From: Octopus sinensis
Lineage: Eukaryota
Assembly (NCBI RefSeq): GCF_006345805.1
Contig: NW_021836140.1
Span: forward strand, 26,564-90,563
Reading direction: 5' to 3'
Length of the DNA stretch: 64,000 nucleotides
Made by a program: the position numbers and the translations under genes. Position 1 is the stretch's first letter. Every line of letters starts with the position of its first letter. The notes under the pieces are model-generated. The model was given only the letters and a program-made list of their open reading frames with translations. It made no database searches and had not been told where the DNA came from. This document shows positions 48,965 through 60,358 of the stretch, one piece after another.

Positions 48965-49003
48965 GATATCTGAAGAAAGAATTTTATTCCGAAATATCAT
49001 ATC
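48965..49003 (+). ncRNA. Minimal type I hammerhead motif, antisense at the 5' end of the PLE remnant
   Basis: GATAT-CTGAAGA-AA-GAAT TTT ATTC-C-GAAA-TA-TC-ATATC. Perfect 5-bp stem I, palindromic ATAT stem III, AUC triplet. Confidence 0.75.
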
Positions 49004-49412
49004 AGACTATGAAGTATTAAATTACAACAGTTATTATAGTGCATTGTTGTGTCATTCAAAATATTTTATTCTTTAGAAAGATAAGAGTTTCTTCCTTTTC
49101 AAGATGAAGATTATTTTCGGAATATTTTCCCATTATGCACCGTTTTAGGTATTTATACCTGAAAACCTCTATCTTTAAAACTACTTGTTCGATTTACGCC
49201 AAACTTGTTTTATTGCGTTCGTATCAACATATCACGGTAAATCTAACTCATAGTATTTTCCTATTATGTGCTGGGTAACATTGCAAGCAAGCAAGATTCA
49301 AACTGACTTTTAATGTATTATATATATTGATTGATTGATTGATTCTAGTTTCAGCTTATGAGCTGTGGCCATGCTGGGGCACCGCCATTTGGTGTTGCTA
49401 CTTGGTTTCACT

Positions 49413-51488
49413 TCATGGAGGCTTTCTAGCAACTGCTATTTGGTGCATGAGAGAGTTCGATGCAGCTGCCCTCATCTGCCCCTCCTGCCGTGAAGTTGGT
49501 TCATCTGGGACACCTGACAGGAAGAGATCCAGCTTCATTTTAAAGACATCTGTATCCACCCCATGCAGGTCTCTCAGGTTCTTCGGGAGGATATTGAAGA
49601 GCTGTGGGCCTCGGAAGCCCAGGCTATCACAGAATCTTGTCCTACATCTTGATGGCAGGTTTGGAGTCCTAGGCACCACGCAGTGGCGCCCAGTTCTGGC
49701 ATTTGCGTAACTCTCGATGCCAAAGTTCAGGACACTTCCCTCCAGGATCTTCCAGATGTATATTATGGCATATCTTTCCCGCCTACGCTCCAGAGAATAT
49801 AATTTTAATCTCTTGAGTCTTTCCCAGTAGCTTACATTCTGCATAGAGGCTATCTTCTTTGTGTAGCTTCGTTGGATCGCCTCAAGTTCTGTGATCAACT
49901 TGACACTGGATGGTGACCATAGCTGAGAGCAATAGTCAAAGTGGCTTAGGACAAGTGTCTTCCAGAGGACCATCATGGTTTTTTGTTCTCTTGTTCTAAA
50001 GGTTCTAAGAATCCATCCAGCCAGCCGTCTACATTTCATTGTCAGTTTAGCAACATGTACATGAAAGGTCGCGTCATCACTCATGTGAATACCCAGGTCA
50101 CGCACTGATTGTGCCTCTGGGATTGCAATCCCTCCGGGTCCAGTGTATTCATTGGGTATTGCATTCAGTTTTGCATGCTGATAGTATAAATCTTGAAATT
50201 TTCCAGCATTGAACTGCATGCTATTCTTTTCAGCCCACTTGTATATTTCGTCCAGCTCACATTGCAGGTGTTTAGTGTTCTCAGGGTTCTGTATTGCCTG
50301 TGAAACTTTTGTATCATCTGCATAACTTGTGATCGTGGCTCTCTGCGTGGCTGAGGGCATGTCTGAGAGGGCCATTATGAACAGTAGTGGTCCCAGAACA
50401 GTGCCCTGCGGAACACCGCTCACTATTTGTGTGTTAATGGAGGTGGCCCCATTGGCTACTACCACCTGACTTCTATCCTTCAGAAAGTCATGAAGCCATT
50501 CTCCCAGTTTTCCAACTATGTTGAGATCACGCAGTTTGTGACATATCATTCCATGATCGACTTTATCAAAGGCCTTTGCAAAGTCGAGATATATCACTTC
50601 CACATTTGAGTGGTTGAGCAGCCGTTTCAGCACCCAGTCATAGTGTTGTAGGAGCTGAGTTAAACAGCTTCTCCCTGGTCGGAAACCATGTTGGGTGTCG
50701 GGCAGCAAGTCATTCTCTTCAAGGAAGGTGATCAGCTTCCTTCTGACTATTCGTTCCATGACCTTGCTGATGTGTGAGGTTAGAGAGATAGGTCTATAGT
50801 TCTTGGCTTCCGCTCTGCTACCTCCTTTATGAATGGGGCATATTTTACCTTCCTTCAGTTTTCCTGGAAGTTTGCCAGCTGCAAGGAAGCTCTGAAAGAG
50901 GAACTGCAGTGGTCTTGCTAGGACTCTCTTACATGCTTTTAGGAGGATTGCCGGGAATCCATCGGGGCCAGTAGCTGAGTCTGTTTTCATTTCATCTATA
51001 GCCTTGGTTACATCGTCTTCCTTTATATCGATGTAATCTATCGTCGCCGCCTCTGATTTTATATCTGCAGTGGTAAAAAAGTCAGTTGGATTGGTGATTT
51101 GGAGATGCCCAAGGGGTGGAGTGAAAACACTCTTGAATTGCTCATTCAGTATTTCACTTACCCTCATTGGTTTTCCTGTAAGTGTGCCATCCTTTTCGAG
51201 GAGTGGCCCTATTCTACAGTGCACTGTAGCTGTTTCTTTGGCATACCTGTAGAAAGCTCTGGGGTTAGATTTTATGTTTTCTATAGCCCAGGCTTCTTTG
51301 TCTGCTCTTTCTTTTTCATGGGAGAGTTGCAGACATTTTTCGATTTCCAACAGTTTTATTTTTAGGCGGGACTTTTCACTACTTTCAATCTGTTTGTTTA
51401 GGCGATTTGAAAATTTCGTACGCCGTCTCATTAAAATTTTCCTCTCTCTGGGGATTTTGTTCTTGTGTACAGTGGCCTTTCTCTCTGG
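49413..51488 (-). CDS. LINE ORF2, reverse transcriptase part (downstream of the frameshift)
   Basis: ATGPDG, NYRPISLTS, QHGFRPGRSC, YLDFAKAFDKV, GVPQGTVLGPLLF, SYADDTKV, RDLGIHM. Open to the stop at 49413. Confidence 0.9.
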   Translation of the reverse strand, partial: PERKATVHKNKIPRERKILMRRRTKFSNRLNKQIESSEKSRLKIKLLEIEKCLQLSHEKERADKEAWAIENIKSNPRAFYRYAKETATVHCRIGPLLEKDGTLTGKPMRVSEILNEQFKSVFTPPLGHLQITNPTDFFTTADIKSEAATIDYIDIKEDDVTKAIDEMKTDSATGPDGFPAILLKACKRVLARPLQFLFQSFLAAGKLPGKLKEGKICPIHKGGSRAEAKNYRPISLTSHISKVMERIVRRKLITFLEENDLLPDTQHGFRPGRSCLTQLLQHYDWVLKRLLNHSNVEVIYLDFAKAFDKVDHGMICHKLRDLNIVGKLGEWLHDFLKDRSQVVVANGATSINTQIVSGVPQGTVLGPLLFIMALSDMPSATQRATITSYADDTKVSQAIQNPENTKHLQCELDEIYKWAEKNSMQFNAGKFQDLYYQHAKLNAIPNEYTGPGGIAIPEAQSVRDLGIHMSDDATFHVHVAKLTMKCRRLAGWILRTFRTREQKTMMVLWKTLVLSHFDYCSQLWSPSSVKLITELEAIQRSYTKKIASMQNVSYWERLKRLKLYSLERRRERYAIIYIWKILEGSVLNFGIESYANARTGRHCVVPRTPNLPSRCRTRFCDSLGFRGPQLFNILPKNLRDLHGVDTDVFKMKLDLFLSGVPDEPTSRQEGQMRAAASNSLMHQIAVARKPP

Positions 51489-52408
51489 ACACATTTGTAG
51501 CATATGGCTTGCATTACAGACATGAATTGTTGAAGTTTCACGTCGATGTCTGGCGAGGAGAGACATTTAGGCCAGTTTTGTTTGAGGATCTCTTTCTCAA
51601 TTTGTTTCCAGTTTGCCTTATGGTAGTTCAAGCTGGAAAGATTTTGAGGGTTTCTTGTAGGCTGCATGTCCGTGCTCTCTTTTGGCCCGTACATGGTCAG
51701 CTCTATCATGTTGTGATCCGAGAGTAGTGTCGGTGTCACTTTCACATTACGGATGAGATCCATGTCATTTGTGAAGCAGAGATCCAGTGTGTTACCTGCC
51801 CTGGTTGGTTGGAGTATTACCTGCTCCATGTACAGGGTGTTGATGAGGTTCAGGAGGGACCTCGCCTGTCCTCGTTCACATCTTGTCATTCCTGGGAGAG
51901 AAAGGCCCTCGGGCCATCTGACATTGGGCAGATTGAAGTCTCCCATAAGAAGCACACCTATGTGTTGTTCTAATGTGGTTAGAATTTCTTCTATTTTTAT
52001 AAGGCAGTCTTCAAACTTGCCCACATGGCTTGGGGCATCTGGAGGGCGATATGTAGCACACACAACTACATCAAGTTGCCTAATATGAACAATTAGTGTG
52101 TCACACACCGAGTTTGAGTATGACAAGAGGACCTGGGGTGTGAGGTCCTCACGGATGTACATAGCAACACCTCCATGACTCCTTTCTTTCCTGTCGGTCC
52201 GTAGTACAGCATACTGTGGTATGTGTAACTCCGCATCTGCTATGTCCGGTTTCAGGTGCGTTTCTGTAAGTGCTATGCATAAGGCTTGATTGCATGCAAC
52301 AAAGTCTCTCAGGAACGGGATCTTTGTCCTGTTACTGAGTGTTTGCAGTCCTCTGATGTTCAGTAGGAGTATCGAGGTGAGGTGTACGTTGTTGCCGGCG
52401 GTGTCCAT
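51487..52408 (-). CDS. LINE ORF2, AP-like endonuclease part (upstream of the frameshift)
   Basis: LLNIRGL, IALTETHL, TYRPP, MGDFNLP, NTLDLCFT, SDHNMI. Likely start MDT at 52408, though the frame is open from 52516. Confidence 0.88.
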
Positions 52409-53001
52409 CCTGTGTCTGTTTGCTGTGGTGGTCTGGTATATAGTGGGTAGTCCCACCTGCGGGCTTGGGTTTGATGAAGCCAGGTCAGCTGCTGTACAAT
52501 CTTTTGTGCCATGCACAAAAAAGATTGTTGCTCAGCAGCTGCTCTTTCGATAACATCATGTTGGCTGTTTGTGGCGCGCACAACATCTGCGTACCTCCGC
52601 TTTGGGGCAGGTGGTGCGTGGTCCATCCCTTTTCTTTGTGTTGATGGTTTGTCCATCTGCCTCGTGTCTCTGTGGCAGGGTCCCCGATGTGCAAAGCGGC
52701 AGCCTGCACCTTCCTTTCCGTGCCAGCAGGAACTTCTCAGGTAGAACATACACACCCGTGTGCGCTGTTTGGTTCCATCCTTTGCGGTTCCACTTCTATT
52801 TCTGGTTGTTTCACTCTTTGGTCCTGCTTGAGCTTTTTCTTTTCCTTTAGCTCTTCCAGTCCTTCTTTTAGTTCTTCTTCCTCCCTCTACCTCTTCACCG
52901 GGTTCTCCGTCTCCATGGCCCTTGCTGTCGGTTGGAGAACTTGCACCTGGGTTCACTTCCCGGGCAGGTTTCCCATTCAAAACCTCCTCCCGGGCGTCCA
53001 C
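52360..53001 (-). CDS. LINE ORF1 C-terminal fragment with a CCCH-like zinc knuckle
   Basis: Lys/Arg-rich stretch, then CMFYLRSSCWHGKEGAGCRFAH (C-x7-C-x8-C-x3-H). Begins at GTG at the truncation point and overlaps the ORF2 frame. Confidence 0.6.
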   Translation of the reverse strand: MDAREEVLNGKPAREVNPGASSPTDSKGHGDGEPGEEVEGGRRTKRRTGRAKGKEKAQAGPKSETTRNRSGTAKDGTKQRTRVCMFYLRSSCWHGKEGAGCRFAHRGPCHRDTRQMDKPSTQRKGMDHAPPAPKRRYADVVRATNSQHDVIERAAAEQQSFLCMAQKIVQQLTWLHQTQARRWDYPLYTRPPQQTDTGWTPPATTYTSPRYSY

Positions 53002-53085
53002 CTAATATATAAATATTAGGGAATAAATCCAAACTTACAGGGAAAAATCAGATTTGGGATTGAATCCAATTTTATAGCAAAATAT

Positions 53086-53506
53086 TATATTATATTAAAT
53101 TAGAGACAAAACCACTATTAGGCAAATCATACAATGAAAAACTTAAGCCAATACATAAGATTATTTAATTTATATTATTTAAATATATAACAAAATTATT
53201 AAAAAAATATAATTAATATATCACTACGATCGTTTCATGGCTGTTAATTTCTTTAAATTTTCAAGTTACAGTCATTCATCAGGTGGTTTAAATATTTATC
53301 TTGGCAATAATGATGAATGACTGTAACTTGAAAATTTAAAGAAATTAACAGCCATGAAACGATCGTAGTGATATATTAATTATATATTTTTAATAATTTT
53401 GTTATATATTTAAATAATATAAATTAAATAATATTATGTATTAGCTTAAGTTTTTCATTGTATGATTTGCCTAATAGTGGTTTTGTCTCTAATTTAATAT
53501 AATATA
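53086..53506. repeat. Near-perfect fold-back palindrome (196-bp arms, 29-nt loop)
   Basis: Arms 53086-53281 and 53311-53506 with 3 mismatches counted by eye. The right arm ends in (TA)n. Confidence 0.95.
53222..53285 (-). ncRNA. Minimal type I hammerhead motif in the left arm of the fold-back
   Basis: Minus strand reads CAC-CTGATGA-ATGACTGT...ACAGCCAT-GAAA-CGATCG-TA-GTG. Stem I is only 3 bp. Self-complementary ACGATCGT stem III, GUA triplet. Confidence 0.68.
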
Positions 53507-53686
53507 TATATAATATATATATATATATACATATATCAGTTTCTGTTATATACATATATATATATATATGTATATGTATGTATATTTTTCTATTTTGGAT
53601 ATATTTGGGATACTTAGGTCTGCTCAGGACTTGGTGCTTGCTTTTTCCATGGTTATGAGTAAGTATTTCACTTATATCTCGCGTAT

Positions 53687-53749
53687 TTGCCGCTGAAGAG
53701 GGGAAAATTTTTCTTATGAATTAATCCCGAAATTGGACCAATACGGTAA
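53687..53749 (+). ncRNA. Minimal type I hammerhead motif
   Basis: TTGCCG-CTGAAGA-G-GGGA...TTC TTAT GAA...TCCC-GAAA-TTGG A CCAA-TA-CGGTAA. 6-bp stem I, AUA triplet. Lies in a ~390-bp island between (TA)n tracts. Confidence 0.8.
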
Positions 53750-53958
53750 TAACGATTTTTTTAAAGATTTCTATCAGTTTGTTTCGAGACGCATAAATTA
53801 TAATGGTTATCGACAATTTTTTGTTTCGGCATATTTGGCATTAGAATTTTCCTTCTGCCCTTATCTTGTAAATTATTTATAAATTTAACCTTTAAAGGTA
53901 TTTTTTGATATGCTGGCCATTGATAATTTTTTTTTCCCGAAACAAATTTTATCCTACG

Positions 53959-54006
<48 letters not shown>

Positions 54007-54054
54007 GTGTGTGTGTGTATGTATGTATACACACACACACACACACACACACAC

Positions 54055-54087
<33 letters not shown>

Positions 54088-55384
54088 GGACATACATCAT
54101 AATCAGAACAAAGGACTTGATACATTAGACAGGAATGAATGAATAATTCATTTGGTAAAAGTGAAACACCAACTTCAAAGTTTTGTGGAGGACGCCTTAC
54201 AGAGCTATGTAAAATTATTATTTGCTGATTTCTATAAAGGGGAGGGTGAAGAAGATGGTAGAGGTGGACGGGATAGATAGAATGAAAGTATAGGAATTAT
54301 AAGAAAATATCTAATCGATGCTTACTTCCCCATTAATTGCAGTAACATATATTTTATAGTAACTTATGGTTTAATGTATTTCTCAATTCAGATTTTATAT
54401 CAATTTAATCACATGCTTTTATATTATTTACTGATATATTCTGAGTGTTTTATATTGTTTTCCTGCAATAAAATTTAAACTTCACACATTTAAATATGTC
54501 AGCTGTTAAACAATTGTTAGATGTATTGATATTTGATTGTGTATGGGTTTTATACACTTATAATGAGATAAATCTAAGATATTAAGATTCGAAAATTATG
54601 AGACACTATTCTATGGAAATTATCCCATTATTTATTGTTTTTTAAACGTTTTCATTTTCCAAACTGTTAATATGTAATTTTACCCTTATCTTGTTATCGT
54701 CTATTGTTTCAAACAATTAAACTATAAACGATATTAACAAAAGTAATTCCTGATATTGTAATAACTTCTAAACAAATTTTTCTCAAGTTAATGTACATGA
54801 TTTGTTCCTCTTTTGTATTGAAGGACTACTTCTATATTGAATTTTTCAAAACGTATTGCTCTTTACATTGAAAATGTTTTATGTACAAAAATAAATTTTC
54901 TATTAACTGGAACAGTTTGTATTACTTTATTCACTCATGTCTTATTTTGTTCCACACCTTTCCAATTTTATATGCAAATATATTAATTTTAGTCATATAA
55001 TTAAAAATCATTTCCTTAAGCTTAATTCATTTCAATTTTTCATATATGGTTTTACACTTTCTTAGATTCCAGCTTCAATTAAACCTTCACCAAAATTATC
55101 ACATAATTTCAGCTATGTAATGTGTACAGGTTCGTGTGAGAAACACGGTTACACGCTTACACAAATTGTATTCAATATGGTCAGAAAGAGTGGAATAACT
55201 CTTCTTTCCAGCATTATTTTAATCACTCGCTACTCCGAGCTTAGGACTGTCATATTTAGCGGGTGATGTACACATGCAAAACTTGTGGTAGCATTCCTTT
55301 TATTCATTTTCATTGTGGACTTGACAGATTAATTAAAACTATTGGTTAGTTTTTTAATCTTGAAATTTTTTTTTTTTGAAAAAT

Positions 55385-55553
55385 GGCGCAGGAGTGGCTG
55401 TGGTAATTAGCTTGCTAACCAACCACATGGTTCCAGGTTCAGTCCCACTGCGTGGCATCTTGGGCAAGTGTCTTCTACTATAGCCCCGGGCCGACCAATA
55501 CCTTGTGAGTGGATTTGGTAGACGGAAACTGAAAGAAGCCTGTCGTGTATATG

Positions 55554-55584
<31 letters not shown>

Positions 55585-55800
55585 TTGTGTGTCTGTGTTT
55601 GTCCCTCTAGTATTGCTTGACAACCGATGCTGGTGTGTTTATGTCCCCGTCAATTAGCGGCTCGGCAAAAGAGACTGATAGAATAAGTACTGGGCTTACA
55701 AAGAATAAGTCCCGGGGTCGATTTGCTCGACTAAAAGGCGGTGCTCCAGCATGGCCGCAGTCGAATGACTGAAACAAGTAAAAGAGTAAAGAGAGTAAAG
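55385..55800 (+). mobile_element. Full-length SINE family A
   Basis: A and B boxes, internal microsatellite, tail GGCGGTGCTCCAGCATGGCCGCAGTCGAATGACTGAAACAAGTAAAAGAG. Confidence 0.9.
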
Positions 55801-58107
55801 ATATGAAGGAATTTTTTTCCAATTTTGTTTTAATATGTTATGAATCCCTGATCAAACGTAATCCCAGATAGTAATCCCAAACTCATATTGGTGTTGCAAA
55901 AGTGGGTTCGACTTTTGTGGCCATTGCCATCTACTCCTTTCGATGGAGTGTAATATTGATTGTCAAAGAAGTAGCTGTTTTCTAATACCGAACGTAACCC
56001 TTCTAGCATGAATTCTTTCGAAGATGGCCTCTGAATTACGTGCGGACATTTACATGAACCACAATTCTACCGCCTCAAATTTCAATTTCTTCAGGTGCAG
56101 AGGCTAGTCACGTCGAAACTAACTGCGATTGTTACTACGCTAACTCTTTCTGAAATGTGATTTAAAATGTATATCATACCTAATGAAACTAGGAACCAAT
56201 CTGTATAATGGTTTTTAATATGATTCCCAGTAAATTGCTTAACCACTGGGTACCTTAAGTTGATTTTGCAACAATTGAGCGTAAGTTTAAATTACATGGC
56301 TTAGGACGCTTTACATACGATGTATAGAGATATTTAGGTCTTAGCGAATTTCTTTACAGTTATGAATTTTTGATTGTCCATAAAAGTTGTTTGATTTTAT
56401 ATCAAACTTTGTTGCATAATTCAGCTTCTTTCCATTACATTACTTTTGAAATTGTTAATTTTCCTGCTTTTTCTATTGCTTATTAATTTGTGTTTGTTTC
56501 TAATACACCTTGGATTGTTGATCCTTTCATTTCTCTAAGATCGTGAGCCTATCATGGGTATTACAATGGCTCCTTCTGTGTCAGCTTCTTAAACTGCGTT
56601 AGAGAAATCCACTGCTTTTTGCACTTCCTTTGTAATATTTGACTTTATACGATTTACTGAAATGTTTGAGCTCTCTCACTTTTTCTGAACGCTAAAAATT
56701 CCTCTAAATGTTTATTCTAGTTCATGGGGGTGGGGTTAAAACCTTTTTTGATTTTTATCTGTTATGAATTTTTTGTAAACCTTTTGGGAAAATTGCTATA
56801 GTCGAAATTTCCAACAGAATTCTTCAGTATCTTTAATAAGATCTATTATGCCAGGTATAGAATTTGGAATATGTGTGTGTGAGAGAGAGGGTTTCGTTCT
56901 TAAGTATCTTTCAGTATGCTTCCTTTATTTATTTATTTATTTATTCCACACCTCTATTTCTTTCTTTTTGTCGTTTTGTACGCTTCATATTCAAAATTTA
57001 TTTCATCCCATTCTTTAGATGTATCCCATATATTCGAGAGTTATGTTGCGATTGATATCACAGCAGCCGTATTCGGGGTTTCTGAAAAACTGTAATGTGT
57101 TTCAATGCTAGTACAAACTCTATTTTATCCCCGTAAATACAGGTTTGTTCTTCCACTTCTATACTGTTACCTGTATAGTAGTGAGCGTTTAGTTTCTTCA
57201 GCCTCTTTTTGTCGGAAATCTCTGCTCATGTTCCACGTGCGTTCTCATTGTTGCAAAACGATCGGCTGGTGCTGCTGGTTATGGTCTACAGAGACGATTT
57301 TCGGCATCTGGGTGGCTTGTATTTCGTTGGTGGCTCTTGGATAGAGGACAACCTCTTCTGAATTTCCTAGAGTTACAATTGCTGGTGCTCTGAAGAACAG
57401 CAACCCCTGTGCCTGGGTTTGCTGTTGCTGTCTATGTTGTTCTTTTCCATTTCTGCTCCTTTAACTCTTCATCGCAGAAACCCTTAAATGACTCCGACAT
57501 TAAAGAATGCAGAATTATTTCCATTTGCAAAATGTGTGTGCGTATTCATGTTGTTTCCAGAAGTAAGGTTAGAACTGTTCACACTAGAAGTGTTTTCTAG
57601 CAAAGTGTCTTTTCCTTTGAAAGTGCGTTGGATGCAAAAGATTCTCGTTTATTTTTGTCATTTGTTTAAACCCTGTAGACTTATGTGCACCTCTGCTACT
57701 TTTGTTTATGAGGGAATATCTTTCCACCTATTGTGCATACGTATAGACAAATCTGCATAATGTTTGGTCTAAAATCAGACATAGCTAAACACATCGCATA
57801 TTTGTACCGAAGCAGTTTTCTGTTCATATTTATTCAACTGACTGCTCAACCTACCAGCCTACCTCAGTACCCTCACCACACACACACCTCTATACAAATA
57901 CCCATACACTGTTCAACTCATTACTCACTTAACACAACATTACACACACACCCCAAACACCTTCAAACTCCACACACACTAGCACCGGACACTTCTCAGC
58001 ACCCACACCACACACCATTATCCATACACCTATACACAATTTTCAATACCGTCATCACATATACCACTATACAAGTGGCCACACCTGTCTTCGTCTTTTG
58101 TTTGTGC

Positions 58108-58171
<64 letters not shown>

Positions 58172-58396
58172 TGTAATCCAATGTACATTATCCATTACAT
58201 CTTACCTATCTGAAAACCTATTGATGTGCTTTGAGGAAGATTTGGTTGCTCCGTCTAGTAGTCAGAAGAGTTACAGAGATATGATAGTTGCAGGGGTAAG
58301 AAAAAGTTCATATTTTCGTGTCTGCTGTTAGGTATGCTGGTAAGCATTTCTTCTTATGTAAAAGACAAAGCATGATAATAATAATTATATATATAT

Positions 58397-58774
58397 AGGT
58401 GCAGGCGTGGCTGTGTGGTAAGTAGCTTACTTACCAACTACATGGTTCTGGGTTCAATCCCACTGCGTGGCACCTTGGGCAAGTGTCTTCTACTATAGCC
58501 TCGGGCTGACCAAAGCCTTGTGATGAAAACTGAAAGAAGCCCGTCGTATATATATATATATATATATATTATGTGTGTGTGTGTATGTTTGTGTGTCTGT
58601 GTTTGTTCCCCCAACATCACTTGACAACCGATGTGTTTATGTCGGCAAAAGAGACCGATAGAATAAGTACTAGGCTTACAAAAAATAAGTCCTGGGGTTG
58701 ATTTGCTCGACTAAAGGCGGTGCTCCAGCATGGCTGCAGTCAAATGACTGAAACAAGTAAAAGAGTAAGAGAGT
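58397..58774 (+). mobile_element. SINE family A with internal deletions
   Basis: Head and tail present, two internal segments missing relative to the 55385 copy. Confidence 0.85.
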
Positions 58775-60358
58775 ATATATATATACAGTGTGTGTGTATG
58801 TGTATGAGAGTAAATGGATCAATCAGTTGCAACATTGAACGATCAGCTGAACTTGCAAAGTATTTCCCAAATATGTCTAGCTCAACATAGTTCTGTGTCA
58901 ATGTCAGAATCAATGTGACATAGCATGACACAATATGACACAGTGTGATACAGTATGACATCATTTGTAACAATACTGGCCCTTTAAATTACATATACAT
59001 TTCAAGCAACTGGCATCTCTACCTCAGTTTCTGTCAACTACATTTCACTCAAAAAATCACAGTTAAATTTGAGGCTATGATTAAAAATTACTTCCGCATA
59101 TGCCATATGATGAGGTTGAACTGGAGAGTTCATGATTACAAAACAAGCTTCTTAAATATAGAGCCATAATGCATATAATGCAAAAATAAGATATGAACAA
59201 ATGTTCCATACACACAAATAATACAAAAAAGACATGGAAAAAAAAGTTGAATCTAATATAAATAGAATTTGATTGTTCTTTCTAACATTTCCTTTTACTT
59301 CATTTCCCTTCCCCCCATTGCTATCTTCCTGATCAACAATATCTTTATTTTCTGTAAAAGCTAAATTATATATAATTGTTAAGCATATATATACATGCAC
59401 TCATGTATTCTTTTACCTGAAAATAGAAATAACATGCCCCCGAGGAGAATAAAAGAAGTTGAACATGTATTCATTCTTTTGCTTATTTAATTGAATTAAT
59501 GTAATCTTTTTTTCTTTCTTTTATTTCAATTTTCTATCAAGTCATCTATAAGAAGCAAAATATTTTAACCTTTGTTTTTTTCCTTGTTTGAAAAATCTGT
59601 TGCATTTATTATTTAGTATTATCATCATACTTAAGTTGAAAGAGAGGAAAAATGAGAACGGAATATCAAAAATAGCTTTAAATAGTGCTCAAACTGAAAA
59701 TAAGCTTAATAGAGTACACTCTAGTGTACATCACTCAGAGTAATTACATCTAATCTGAATTAGCTTATTGAGCTGCTACTTATTACTTTAACATTTCATA
59801 TCCCAGCATAGACCCTATGCTGCCACCCAAGGTCAAGATACTGGTCTATTTCGCTTTGTGGTAATTAGGTGCTTTGAACATGAAGAAATTACTCTGGCAA
59901 GATGTATAATTTGAGAGAAATTTGTTAGCATACGATGCTTAGATCAAGCCCTCATGGAATCTAGAAGAAAGCAAATAAGAATCCCTTCATTAAATACCTT
60001 CTGACAAGTATCCTAAATTGTCTCAGTTTTTTTTTATTGGTTGCCATGGAATCTTATCAATCTGAATGCATCTATTGGTATTCAAAAGTTAATTTGCTTT
60101 GTGAAGAATTAATGATATTACAGGCTTTAAACATAATAGAATCTGAATATTTTTAACTCAAAGAATAGGAATTTGTTTAATAGCATCAAATAAATTTGAA
60201 GAATAGGCCAGGATTTAATTATGGATTTTCAAGTTCCTTTCCCCTATCTGTTACAGTATCTAAGTTTCATTGATGCCAGACTTAGATATATTTGTATCAA
60301 GTTGATATAAAAGGTTTTCAAGAATATGAACAAGTGTCTATATTTTTCCTATCTATAT

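Larger units (their letters stand above)
49327..53003 (-). mobile_element. 5'-truncated CR1-group LINE (~3.7 kb) ending in (AATC)n
   Basis: Partial ORF1, APE endonuclease, RT and CR1-like C-terminus YWERLKRLKLYSLERRRER. Short 3' UTR with a hairpin and (AATC)n. Confidence 0.92.

Noticed and set aside
56440-57700. Possible degraded LINE ORF1/endonuclease region on the minus strand
   Set aside because: Only vague compositional resemblance and no intact motif.
58225-58290. Possible exon EDLVAPSSSQKSYRDMIVAG with a GTAAGA donor
   Set aside because: Weak acceptor, no recognisable protein and no partner exons.
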